A DNA stretch of 64,000 bases from Mytilus trossulus. Lineage: Eukaryota. The number at the start of each line of letters is the position of its first letter. Within the stretch, counting starts at the first letter, position 1. The position numbers and the translations under genes were made by a program. The notes beneath the pieces were generated by a model that worked only from the letters and a program-made list of their open reading frames with translations, did no database searches and was not told where the DNA came from. Positions 1 to 12,206 of the stretch are shown in pieces. The stretch covers positions 97,526,001-97,590,000 of the forward strand of contig NC_086373.1 of the NCBI RefSeq assembly GCF_036588685.1. Direction: 5' to 3'.

Positions 1-2008
1 AACGTTCACGTCGGAAATGGACCGGAATCAACGAATGGCCGCATTATCAAGTTCAAATGTTCAGTAATCTAAAACTTCAGATGTATAATTGTCAATGCAT
101 AGCGTGAGGCAAGTAGTCGAAAATAATTTCAACACGGCAACAGTTCTTTTTATAGTTCGTTTGTTAACATTGTGCACAAAAGATGAACACCAAAAAAGTT
201 ACATCTATTTTCAGTTATTCGTTACCAAATAAAATCAAACATTTTTAATCTCAGTTTAGAAAAAGGAAAGGTATTGTTTGCTATATGGGCATTTTCTCTT
301 TCAGCCATGGCGTTGTCATTTTATTTTCAACTTATGGGTTTGAATGTTTCTTTGCTATCTGTTTGGCTTTGCCCTAACTTATTTTGTCAAGTTCTTTTTT
401 TTTTCTTATAGCTATTTCACCTTTTCTGATCAAATATTCAAATATGCTTTGAAATGAATATAATAGTTTTGAGCGTTCTCAATGAACGAATAAATTACAA
501 CCTACGAATAAATAGTAAAAATCAGATGAAAACGGCTTGATTTTCGGCTTTGAACTAGTTTTCGGTAATAACGAGTACTCTCAGATGTTTACTTTGTGTC
601 TTTTGTGTTTTTGCTAGTGGTTTTTGCAGATGAATTTCTCCCTTTTAAACATATTTGTATAAAAAAAATTTTGTGTTGGTACACCACTGTACAAGGTAAG
701 GACAGGATTTGAAATTTAAATATATTTGTCATTTTGGGGGTAATTAATAGTGTTGTTTTTCTCATTGGTGGAGAAGGCAGAATGGTGACCTATGGCTTCT
801 TATTTCAACGTCATTTGGTCTCTGATGGAGAACTTCCTTAATTGATATCATGCCATATCTTCTTTTCATAAAACCGGGTTCAATCCACCATTTTCTACAT
901 TAGAAAATGTCTGTACCAAGTCAGGAATATGACAGTTGTTATCCATTCGTTTGATGTGTTTGGACTTTTGATTTTGCCTTTTGATTTTTGATTTTCCTTT
1001 TTGAATTTTCCTGGGAGTTCAGTATTTTTGTGTTTTTACTTTTTAGAAGATAGGCGTACTAAGCAGCTAACAAAATACCGATCCAAGATTACTCAAACTG
1101 CCTGAAAGCTAGTTTGAAGCCCAATTTCAACTATGTATCCACTGATTAAAAAGGTCATAAATACACCTCAATTTTAGAAAATTGAAAAACCATTAATAGT
1201 CTTAAATTCGTTTAATTTAAAATCCGTGAGATGTTTCCCCTGGTTGTTTTCGTAAAATTAAATTATAACTTTGATAAGACGGTTACACATGCGTATTTTT
1301 TGCATTTGCTGTATAACCTGATTTGGTGGCCATCAATAGTGTGAAATGTCAGACATGTTATCAAACCACATTGAATGCCTGCAGTACATTTCTTGTCATT
1401 ATCACATTTAGTTTCTCGTGGAATAAAAGTTTCAGACAGTATGAAATTGCTTTAAGTAATCTTCTACATCTTGTTTTATTTGAATTAGCGTGGAGTTAAT
1501 GAAATATAATAAAAAATAAAAGGTTTCAGCCTTTGTTGGTTAATTATCTAATTTGTACAATGTTGCATGACTCAAGAAAGATTTTTAATGTCATTTACAC
1601 AGCTTTAATGGTTTACCCGAGGGTTTAGGAAACGACAGCTTTTTGTGTACAATTAGACATGGATTTCTTGATTTCGATGAGATACGCTGAAACAGAATAG
1701 ACGAAAATGGCATACTGAGATGTTATGTAAAAATTAGGAAAAAAATGTCATAAACTATCCAAAATAAAACTCAGGGATACCTCCAAACTGTTTAATGACT
1801 TAAAATATTATTTGCATTGGTGCTTGTCACATACATATAAGATTACTTTTCATATTTTAGTCTTTACTACACACATGAGCAATGTTTTTTTCCTATTTCT
1901 ACGGAAATAAAAAGTGAAAATTGATCAGCAGTAGAGGTGATTGTCATATTATATTAATTAGACGAGAAGACCAACAAAAAACCTAATTTTTTTATTTAAG
2001 AAACTTAC

Positions 2009-2130
2009 ATTTACTCCATGACAACACAATGGAGTCGGTATATTGTCCTCTTCATGACATATAATTGTTCCTTTCCAGTGACCACGAATATGTAGTCCTA
2101 CAGTTGTCAGTATTTGACCATTCACATAAT
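2009..2130 (-). CDS. Probable downstream exon of the TIR gene: (D)YVNGQILTTVGLHIRGHWKGTIICHEEDNIPTPLCCHGVN
   Basis: Acceptor TTTTTGACAG| at 2131 and donor |GTAAGT at 2008. The frame is open and starts in phase 1, compatible with the TIR exon. Linkage to the TIR exon is inferred, and other exons may intervene. Confidence 0.55.
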
Positions 2131-2774
2131 CTGTCAAAAACACAAAAGATGTTATTTCATTAAGAATTAGAAGAGACATTATACATATGTAATAAAAATG
2201 CAGGATATAACAGAAATAGATAACGTGACAGTTAGTATAAGAAGCATACATCACATGGTGGTGACATAAGTATACGTTTAAGTTAACTATTGTGTTACAA
2301 AGGTTTCCATCACGTGAGGATCTAGAAGTACCACACTGATATCGAAGTTCGGTCACCGGTCAGTCAATTTAAGACTAAAAATTGTGATAGTTTTCAGCAT
2401 GCAATATTTAGGAGAAAGAATAAGAATTAATTATGAATCCTGTTCACATCAAGAAAACCTGTTTTCAAAAAGGTCAAACTCACTTTGTCAGTTTAGTATA
2501 AAAAAAACAAGACATCGTAAATTTATCTGGCTTCAGCATGCAATGGAGATGAATATGCATATTATATCTGCCTCTCGACGTTTAGAATCCACCGACTTAT
2601 GAAATGAATACGACTTCCCAAAAATTGTTCCATACCTCTTACAAGACAACATCACTAAACGAAACATATTGTCTCTAAATATGGGGCCTCCTTAAGTGAA
2701 AATAGAAATGACTGTACCTCCTTTTACAAATGCCATTGTATCCTTTTTACCTTTGATGATAAAAAAGGGAGCTC

Positions 2775-3325
2775 CTTTTGATAAAAAGTTAGCAATATCT
2801 TTTAACTTTACGTTCTGCTTTATAGATAATGTAACTAAATAATACAAGATTTGTTGACTATATTGAACGAATCTATCTTATCGAACTAGAGGTAAAGGAT
2901 ACCACAGCTACAGTTAAGTCAGCCTCATACCACAAAACTTTACGAAAAAAAAGATGATTTCAGCTTCCCTATTGTGAACTTTCCGTTTCTATGAAGTAAA
3001 CAATCAAGCTGCGCATGCATACGAAGTATATATCTCCCGATTGATACGATATTCCCGGGCTTGTATTTCCTATCATGATTTTCTTGATAGAGGATTGCTA
3101 CTCTCAATGAAGCTATAAAACCAAGAGTTCCAAATAGTGAAGTTGAAATCATCCCTTCGTAAATTTTACGGACGCCAGCACGAGTTGGTTGACCGTTATG
3201 GAATAATCGTTTCATAAATGATGTGTCGTAACTACACTACCCTTTCATTTTCACGAATGTGACCTACCGAATTAAACTATTTACCGGATTTGTAATAACA
3301 TAAGCAACACGACGGGTGCCATAAA
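2775..3325 (+). mobile_element. Degenerate Penelope-like retroelement RT/thumb 3' fragment (tentatively Naiad/Chlamys-type)
   Basis: Translates with stops and indels to KLAISFNFTF.FIDNV...IYLIELEVKDTT...LYEKKDDFSFPIVNFPFL...AYEVYISRLIRYSRAC...LKSSLRKFYGR.HELVDRY. The tail at 3245-3325 matches the reverse complement of 39400-39490. Confidence 0.75.
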
Positions 3326-4294
3326 TTGTATACGTCCATTGATAATTGTTGATATTCTATTGTGACTAATATTTTGGAAAGTAACAACTTTGCTTTTTCA
3401 AATTCTTATATGAGTAAATATTTTTTTTTTTGTATTTGAAATTTGTATATGAGTAAATTTTTTTTTTTTTAATTCTTATATGAGTAAATATGTCCAAGCA
3501 CTGTAGTTACAAAGCCGAATACAAATAATGAGATTCTAACCTTCCCTTCATGGAATAAACAATTTCAGTGTGCAAATTGAAATTAAATCCTGCTCAATTG
3601 GCAATATGGAAGTTGCGCTCTATTACGTAAACCTATTAAAACAATGAAACTATATAGACAGATGCATTGTTTCTGGCTTTCTTTAGGAGCGAATAATTTT
3701 GTATTTGATGTATACGATATCGTATTGATTCTGAAAACCATACAAAAATTCACTTACTTTAACCATTCCTATGTTGATAATTACGCTATGGTATATATAG
3801 CTTTGCAATCTGCTTAAGGCAAACATAAAAAAAAAAACTTTTTTTTTTAATTTCATTCGTGTAATAACTTACTTGAAGGCGAATACAGGATGCATGTCAT
3901 TTCACTGGCAAACGAATCACTGCTACGGGGCAGACGATCTGAAAATAATAAGAGTTCATTTGTACCTTTTTTGTTTGAGAGTTTGAGATTTATACGTAAG
4001 AAAATGTCTGCAACAAGTCAGGAATATGACATTTATTGTTCATTCGTTTGATATGATCGAGCTTTTGATTTTGCCATTTGATTTTTGACTCTCCGGAGTT
4101 TAGTATTTTTGAAATTTTACTTTTTGCTGTTATTTTGTCAATATTGTTGTGAACATTATATAAACATGGAAGATATAAACACTTTTATAATTGTCTACAT
4201 CTTGTTTTATTTGTTATATCTCTTTAATGTCACAATTGCGAAGCTAATTAGTCGTTAAAAGTGTTGTGTTCTGTGAACATTTACTCTTTGCACC

Positions 4295-5612
4295 TTTTTA
4301 GCTCACCTGGCCCGAAGGGCCAAGTGAGCTTTTCTCATCACTTGGCGTCCGTCGTCTGTCGTCGTCCGTCGTCGTCGTCGTCGTCCGTCGTCGTCCTGCG
4401 TCCGGCGTTAACTTTTACAAAAATCTTCTCCTCTGAAACTACTGGGCCAAATTTAACCAAACTTGGCCACAATCATCCTTGAGGTATCTAGTTTGAAAAT
4501 TGTGTCCGGTGAACCTGCCAACCAACCAAGATGGCCGCCATGGCTAAAAATAGAACATAGGGGTAAAATGCAGTTTTTGGCTTATAAGTCAAAAACCAAA
4601 GCATTTAGAGCAAATCTGACAGGGTGGAATTGTTTATCAGGTTAAGATCTATCTGCTTTAAAATTTTCAGATGAATCTGACATTCCGTTGTTAGGTTGCT
4701 GCCCCTGAATCGGTAATTTTAAGGAAATTTTGCTGTTTTTGGTTATTATCTTGAATATTATTATAGATAGAGAAAAACTGTAAACAGCAATAATGTTCAG
4801 CAAAGTAAGATCTACAAATAAGTCAACATGACCAAAATGGTCAGTTGACCACTGTAGGAGTTATTGCCCTTTATAGTCAATTTTTAACCATTTTTCATAA
4901 ATCTTAGTTATCTTTTAGAAAAATCTTCTCCTCTGAAACTACTGGGCCAAATTAATTGAAACTTGGCCACAATCATCTTTGGGGTATCTAGTATAAAAAT
5001 TGTGTCCGGTAACTCGGCCAACCAACCAAATTGGCGGCCATGGCTAAAAATAGAACATGGGGAAAAATGCAGTTTTTGGCTTATAACCCCAAAAACAAAG
5101 CATTAAGAGCAAATCTGACAGAGGTAAAATTGTTGATCAGGTCAAGATCTATCTGCCCTAGAATTTTCAGATGAATTGGATCATCGGTTGTCAGGTTGCT
5201 GGCCCTAAATTGGTAATTTTGAGGAAATTTTGCTGTTTTTTTGTTATTATCTTGAATATTATTATAGATAGAGATAAACTGTAAACAGCAATAATGTACA
5301 GTAAATTAAGAACTAAAAATAAGTCAACATGTCCAAAATAGTCAAATGACCCCCTGTGGAGTTATTGCCCTTCATAGTCATTTTTTAACAATTTTCACAA
5401 AATTTGTAGATTTTCACTAACATTTTCCACAGAAACTACTGTAATAGATAGAGATAATTGTAAGCAGCAAAAATGTTCATTAAAGTAAGATCTTCAAAAA
5501 CATCACCATCACCAAAACACAATTTTGTCATGAATTCATTTGTGTACAAAAAATTGTTTAATATTAACATAGACCAAGGTGAGCGACACAGGCTCTTTAG
5601 AGCCTCTAGTTT
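4295..5612 (+). mobile_element. Helentron-associated non-autonomous element (HINE/DINE-1-like)
   Basis: T-run at the 5' end. Sub-TIRs GCTCACCT / AGGTGAGC. 5' hairpin TGGCCC-GAA-GGGCCA. (GTC)n microsatellite at ~4345-4395. ~500-bp internal tandem units starting ~4420 and ~4920. 3' stem-loop AGGCTCT-TT-AGAGCCT followed by CTAGTTT. Confidence 0.8.
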
Positions 5613-7779
5613 ATAATCTTCTAACAATCTTAATATCTTGTTTGTTTCGACTTACTGTTGATGTGTTTATAATTGTTAAATAATGAATAATCATGTTGTT
5701 CGTATAATGAATTACAATCAAAATTAATTATCAGAAATATCTTGAAAATTTCACGTGTGTGTCAGAATCCATCAATGTACATCGTTAAGATAAGGAATAT
5801 GCTGCCAAGTACTATGATTAAAACTAAGTGCAGTAAAAGTAAAATCACACAAATTTTAAAACGGAAAATCCCTAATCTAATGACAAAATCTAAATCTCAC
5901 ACGCATCAATCGATGGATAACAACTGTCATATTCTTAAATTGGTAAAAAGGGTTTTTTCTTTGGTAGAAAATGGGGGATAAAACCAGGGTTTAAAGCTAG
6001 CTAAACCTCTGACTTGTATGACAGTTGCTTTAAATGTCAATTAAATTAACAACGATATGTGAAAAAAGACTTGTAAGGTGAAAATTCCAATAACAGGAAT
6101 ACAGCAGTCAACATTGTGTTATTATCTAAATCACTATAAAAACAAACAAATACATGAAATATGTAAAAAAAAAAAACCAAACATTTCACCATGCCACTAT
6201 CACAATGACGGGATGTAAAACGTTTCGTTTTTGTAATGATTATCAAAACAAAAACAAAAATCTGAAAAATCTAATTAATTGGTCTGAATATGATATTCAG
6301 ACCAATTAATTAGATTTTTCATTATGTAACAGGTATTTTTTCAAAATATAAAAAAGAAGATGTTGTATGATTGCCAATGAGAGAACTATTCACAATAGCC
6401 TGGATATTTTCATCTTAACTCAAATTTGTGTTATCAAATATTTGAATGTGGACTTCATTTTATAAGGTTCTTCAAAACATTTTCTTTGGGGGTACTGACA
6501 ACATTGTGGTGTATATCTTAGTGCAACATAACTTGATGAAAAAATTGTCATGTACATTATTACTACATGAATACGTGAATACGATAACAGATTAATGCAA
6601 AAATTGAATAAGGAGAACAGAGCTGTAGTCTTTGTATAAATACATTTCCCCAAGTAAAAGTAAATAAAATTACAGAACTGATATCACATTGATAATAGGA
6701 CGACGAATTTATATGAATAAATTACATATGTTGAACACAATAAATCAAATAAAATCATTATTAGGTGATAAGCGTGTCATTATACACATAAAATGTTAGA
6801 TCAGGGGAAGACGAAGGACAGTATTATAAGAGAATGGAATTTTTCCTTTGAATAACATTAACGGTAGTAATATTTTTTGCATTTGTGGCACAATTCGACA
6901 ATAAATGTCTCTTCGTGATGCCGGAGGCTGAAATATTCGAAAATCGTAAACATATTCAAGAGATAAAGAACTCAGTATCAACAAAAAATGAGCCAAATCT
7001 ATAGCTAAAGATGGGCTAGGAAACAGAACTTTCCAAAAGAGAGACATCTTTCTTAATTTAGAGTAATTTTCAAAAAATTGTCGAACCAAATTTTATTTAC
7101 ACAATTTTTTTTCGTGCCAGAGCCAAAGATTTGGCTACTTGATTGCTAATATTTAGGGACTTGCAGTCCAATTAGGAGTAAATATAGTATCAGAATCAAG
7201 ATAGGGTGTATTTCTGTCGGGGTGATCAGAACATAAACGTTTAGAGTTGATGTAAACTATGAGTTTGATACAAATTTCGAACACTTTACTTAACTGATTG
7301 GGGATAATTTTCTTAACTAACACCATAAATCTGACCGCATACGACATAGGCATGTCTCAATAATGAATAGCTTATTGTCCCCTGTAATTTAATATTATTG
7401 TCTTTGACAATCCTGTATTTGTTTTTGTTTTTTTTAGATTGATGAGTTTGACTGTCCCTTTGGTATTTTTCGTCCCTTCTTTAGAAAAATAATTAAACGA
7501 AGGTCAATAATATCGTTGTATGCAAAATATAACAAAACGTGCGAGCCAAAAATGTACAATATATTGTATCTAGCTTGTATTTGGCAGCAATAAATATAAA
7601 AAATATTTCATGAATGTTTGTTAACCATTTGGAAATTCTCTAAGTGTATTTAGTGTGTTTAGTCTTTTATATTCAAAATTTAGTAGGTTTCACCAATTGT
7701 AAGATATTGTTCCGATGAGTGCGACAAATATTAGAAAAGTTTACTCTTTACACCATGTATATCAAATCTGTACGCCGAT

Positions 7780-8540
7780 ATAAAAAAAGAAGATGTGGTA
7801 TGATTGCCAATGAGACAACTATCCACAAAAGACCAAAATGACACAAACATTAACAACTATAGGTCACCGTTCGACCTTCAACAATGAGCAAAGCCCATAC
7901 CGCATAGTCAGCTATAAAAGGCCCCGATAAGACAATGCAAAACAATTCAAACGAGAAAACTAACGGCCTCATTTATGTAAATAATGTGGCGGGGTTAAAC
8001 ATGTTAGCGAGATCCCAACTCTCCCCCTAACCTGGGACAGTGGTATAACAGTACAACATAAGAACAAACTATAAAAATCAGTTGGAAAGGCTTAACTCAT
8101 CAAATAGACAACAACAAAAAAACAAGTGGACGTGACCGGGTACTTATACATCCCGACACAAAAAGACACAATGAACAGATCTGAGAGTACTCGCAGTTAT
8201 CTGACAGCTAGTTCAAAGCCACTTACAACTAATAAAAAAATCATGCCTCTAAGACTAAACACTCAATCCGTACACATCCAACATACAATGGATTTAGTGT
8301 AAAGACGTCAAAAACAGCCAGAGAAGAACATGACCGTGTGCAATGCCAAGTTACAGGTATCGACAGATTGTAAATCCAGGAATATGTATATGTATATAAC
8401 ATACTAGTAATATTTAGTTAGCTTTTAATTTACTGATAACAAAATCAATATTTATACCAATAAAAACAATATTCAATGATCGTATTACAGTGTTGAATAG
8501 GTAACCTTTTAGAATAAGTTTATTTAAAGGAGCAACCAGT
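7780..8540. repeat. High-copy interspersed repeat (AAGAAGATGTGGTATGATTGCCAATGAGACAACT... family)
   Basis: Near-identical copy at ~16000-16425. Fragments at ~6345, ~27405 and ~52290-52560, and reversed at ~720-870. Confidence 0.8.
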
Positions 8541-8571
8541 TTACATGGACGATGAACTTCTATAAACCTAC

Positions 8572-9166
8572 CACTGCCTACGTATCTGACAAAACAAGGA
8601 AAGAAATCACTCTCTCTGGCATCTAAAAAACCCAGTTGTTGCAATGGTTCTGGAATCATACAATCCTTTAATAAAACTACCAACATTCTTTGTCGATAAA
8701 GACTTTTTTCTGTCAAGTTTTGTAATATTTCTCTGAATTCTTTCCAAGCGGTTTTAACATAATTTGGTGTTAACACAATAACTACTCGTTCACTGAGCAT
8801 CGCAGAACATAAAGCACTTTGAAAAAAGCTTAGTTTATTTGCATTTTGAAAGTCTCCATAAGAGCACTTGTAATTATATGGTTCTGACTCAAGTTTGTTC
8901 ATAATACTGCACACCCATAACTTATCTTCATTGCAGTGGGAAAAAAATACATGATATCGGTAAAGTTCGTGCAGATCCGGAGCCGACAAGGAAATGTCAA
9001 AGTCCAAACTCTCACTATATGTAATTGTGTCGTAAAACTTTGTGCCAAATCTGTAAGAATGTTCCGTGAGGGATTCGTCAATTGAACCTTTTCGCCTTAG
9101 TTCTATATCATACTGGCTATCTCTCATTAAGGAGACTTGATCTGAAAATATGGAATGCATAGACAT
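8572..9166 (-). CDS. TIR-domain protein, main coding exon (atypical intracellular TIR)
   Basis: The ORF encodes a TIR/TIR_2-like pattern: YHVFFSHCNEDKLWV...KLE...KC.YGDF...SERVVIVLTPNY...W...LVVLLKDCMIPEPLQQLGFLD. A phase-1 donor G|GTAGGT at 8572/8571 follows the domain. The rest of the ORF (8414-8571) runs into an interspersed repeat. Confidence 0.85.
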
Positions 9167-9705
9167 TACAAAAGTTATGTGAATATAATTATGATATAAA
9201 CAATCTATCCATTATTTACGAAAAAATAATATATATTTCATGTTATATCTGCAGTCATCAAGAATCCGATTGTTTTGTTTTTTTTAAATTTATGTAAATG
9301 TAGTTTTGTTTTTCATGTTTCCAATCGCGATAATTTGTATTCTAAAATATATCTGCAGAACGTATATTAATTGTGTTTACAAAATCTTAAAATCGTTTAA
9401 TGATAATTTATAATAGCCCAAGTTGCTTTAAGCAAAAGTGAGTAAGAGTAGATATATCGTCGGGTCGATTGGATTTCAAAGATTCATTAATTTTTAGGTT
9501 TGTTATCCCTTCTTTTACTTTGCTTCAATGACTCCTTCAAATTTACTAAGAGACATTTGCAACAATAATCCAATCATAAGAATGGCTTAACGTGTCTAAG
9601 GACACTACAAATTTACATTACCGAAATTACAAGGCTTGCGTCTCTTGTAGTTAGTTGTCATGCAAAATCTTATCATTATATTGACATGTTTCTAGATCAG
9701 TGTTG

Positions 9706-9886
9706 AGCCCATCAAGTTTTGAACCGTTAACAGTGTACTTTACATAACAGGAGCCAAATCCCCAAAACACTTACGACTAAGATTGATCGTAAGTATACTG
9801 AATTAATCATGACGATCAAGTTTTTTGTGTGAAATCGACTCCTGTTATGTAAAGTACACTGTTTACGGTTCAAAACTTGATGGGCT
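9706..9886. repeat. Hairpin/MITE-like inverted repeat with 48-bp arms
   Basis: 9706-9753 is the reverse complement of 9839-9886 with one mismatch. Confidence 0.8.
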
Positions 9887-10879
9887 AAAGGACATAAAAC
9901 ACGTTGCTGAAAACAAATCTGATTTAGACTATCTGGAACAAACATAGAACACGCACCTGTCGATAATTGTACTTAGAGACAACATCAGTATACAACAATA
10001 TTATTGAACAAAAGCGTCGTCTCTTTTGATATATTATTACTGATTCCATCTTTTCTCGGTGGAAATATTTGTATTTCATCACTTAAATCGTCTGACTGGA
10101 AAAATATTTATATTAATCTTCATAGGAATCCACATTAATTTTCTTAAGGTTTCCTTTATTATTTTCTTCATCATTTTCTCCTATTGATCTCTTGCGAGAA
10201 ATTAAAATGATCTCAGATTTCCCTAGCGATGAGTATTACTTCGGTTTTTACATTTCATGGTAACCACAACCGTTGATACGCAAAACTTCAATTAGACTTG
10301 AAGGTAACAACGTAACTAGATACATTAAGATTGAAGGTTTCTTTTTTAAACTCTTGTGAAAATAACTGAAGTTCTTAAAAAAATCGAATAAAACTTGTTA
10401 ATGAAGTGGATTTTAAAAGATTCATAATAAAGTAAATGGCATTAAAACTACTTCTTTACGGATTTTATTAAGCAGTCCCTCGAAATTGCAACGACAAGAA
10501 AAAAACACGTATTCAGTATCTCTTTGAATAATAACTATATGCGTTTGATTAGCTTTTTGAAAAATATTGCAAGACGTATCGCTGTCCGGTAAGCAACCGC
10601 TCTCTCGCTCTCCAAGATTTTAAACATTGCAATAACATTGACAAAAGTATTTTTGCCTACAAAATTTTCAACGGAATATCCATTCCTTTCAGAATTTACA
10701 ATCAATTCAGATTCTTTATTAACTTAGGTCCTTATGGTTCATCATTGTCTTCAAAAGTAGTTTATATTAATCGGACATATTTCAATGAAAAGTTATCTCT
10801 TAAACCTCTTTATTTCGAAGTTCATAAACGGTATTAGGATTTGCACCGAAGTACAAATGATAAGAAGGGGAATAGGAAA

Positions 10880-11012
10880 TAAACTCATCATAGATACCAG
10901 GATTCAAATTTTATATGAACGCCAGACGCGCGTTTCGTCTACAAAAGACTCATCTGTGACGCTCACATAAAAAAATGTTAAAAAGGCTGAATAAATTACG
11001 AAGTTGAAGAGG
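10880..11012 (-). mobile_element. Retrozyme family-1 fragment with hammerhead (core reads CAGAUGA)
   Basis: Minus strand GCGTCA-CAGATGA-GTCT TTTGT AGAC-GAAA-CGCGCG-TC-TGGCGT at 10919-10962. Confidence 0.65.
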
Positions 11013-11454
11013 AACGGACACTTTTACACACAGAAAAAAAATAATGTGGGAGTCATGAATATTTTATATAACTAACCATTTATTTTATTCGTAAGACTTT
11101 TGCATTGTACTCGAGAATGCTAATTTTTATCAATTTATGCTACTATGTCAATCATGGTACTTTGTGAGACTAAGACTTTCTTTCACTGCTTCATTATTAT
11201 TCAAGAAAAAATTCAATGCAGACAATATGACGCCATTTTAGTTGTCTAAATCGATGACAATAGATCACGACAAAGCATTGTCATTAGCAAAAACCATGAC
11301 TTTATATATGACAATTAAAGCCAAACAATAACATATTATCAGAAGTAAAAATGATTGTATAAGCGAGTATTAGACTCGGTCATTATTCCATCTCTTAAAC
11401 AAGCAAACTTATGACATATAAATCAGCATGTAAATATTATGCAAAAATGAGAAA

Positions 11455-11605
11455 TTACGATATATGAGGGACAAGTACTTAATAATTCTATATAATAAAA
11501 TCTACGATTAACATTAGATCAGCGACAAGTACTATATAAATTCTACGATAAACAATATATGAGCGACAAGTACTATATGAATTCTACGATTAGCAATACA
11601 TGAGA
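11455..11605. repeat. ~40-bp degenerate tandem repeat, 3-4 copies
   Basis: CTACGAT...ATATGAGCGACAAGTACTATATAAATT recurs. Confidence 0.7.
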
Positions 11606-12162
11606 TCAAACAGTGAAAGGTTTGTGATCGATTCGTGCTCTACAAAAGCCTGTATACCATAATTAAAATATTTTAACTGCGGTCGCTTATTGCATTGTCT
11701 TTTAGTTTTCCTGCATAACAACTGTTGATATTGAAATTATGGAAATGATCATGTTGCTAATGCCGTTCCTAGGAAATAAATTTGTATTTGTAGAAAACAA
11801 GTGTGATAAATGATATCAAACTTACTCGAACGAAAACTACAAGTTTTCGGATAGTAGTTTATTTTCATGGTTGAACTGAAAAATGTGTTGGTTCAATTAA
11901 ACACAAATATTGCTACTCCACACAAATATTTCCAATAATTCGTAACATGAAATCAGATTTTTTCTTCACTGTTTTTTTTAAACGATTTAAAATGAAATTG
12001 TCAATATCATTGAATCAAGTTGCTTGATTAATAGATTGTTGTTAGCTTGAAGTCCAGTAACAAATAATTCGTACAAATTCAGGAAGAAAAAATAATGAAC
12101 ACTGATCCAACAAACTGTTGTTGCAAGGGCTGTTCAATAACCTTAACGGTACCAATTTTCCT

Positions 12163-12206
12163 GCACCAGATGCGCATTTCGATAATACATGTCTCATCAG
12201 TGATGC
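12163..12206 (-). ncRNA. Type I hammerhead ribozyme motif with intact core (retrozyme family 2)
   Basis: Minus strand reads GCAUCA-CUGAUGA-GACA UGUAU UAUC-GAAA-UGCGCA-UC-UGGUGC. Stem I is 6 bp, stem II has one mismatch, stem III is palindromic (AUGCGCAU), and the cleavage triplet is AUC. Confidence 0.75.

Noticed and set aside
1-72. Possible C-terminus ending KFKCSVI* (CaaX box) at the window start
   Set aside because: Only 23 codons are visible. Frame 2 and a minus-strand frame are also open over similar lengths, so it cannot be resolved.
1958-2356. 132-aa ORF as a standalone gene
   Set aside because: Only 2009-2130 is bounded by clear splice signals. Much of the rest has intron-like composition.
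4261-5627. Short ORFs inside the HINE, and ORFs at 6796, 10785, 30383, 48195, 58173 and 62696
   Set aside because: They are chance translations of non-coding repeat or retrozyme sequence.
8414-8571. C-terminal 52 aa of the 250-aa TIR ORF
   Set aside because: It lies past a good donor site and reads into a high-copy repeat, so it is probably intronic.
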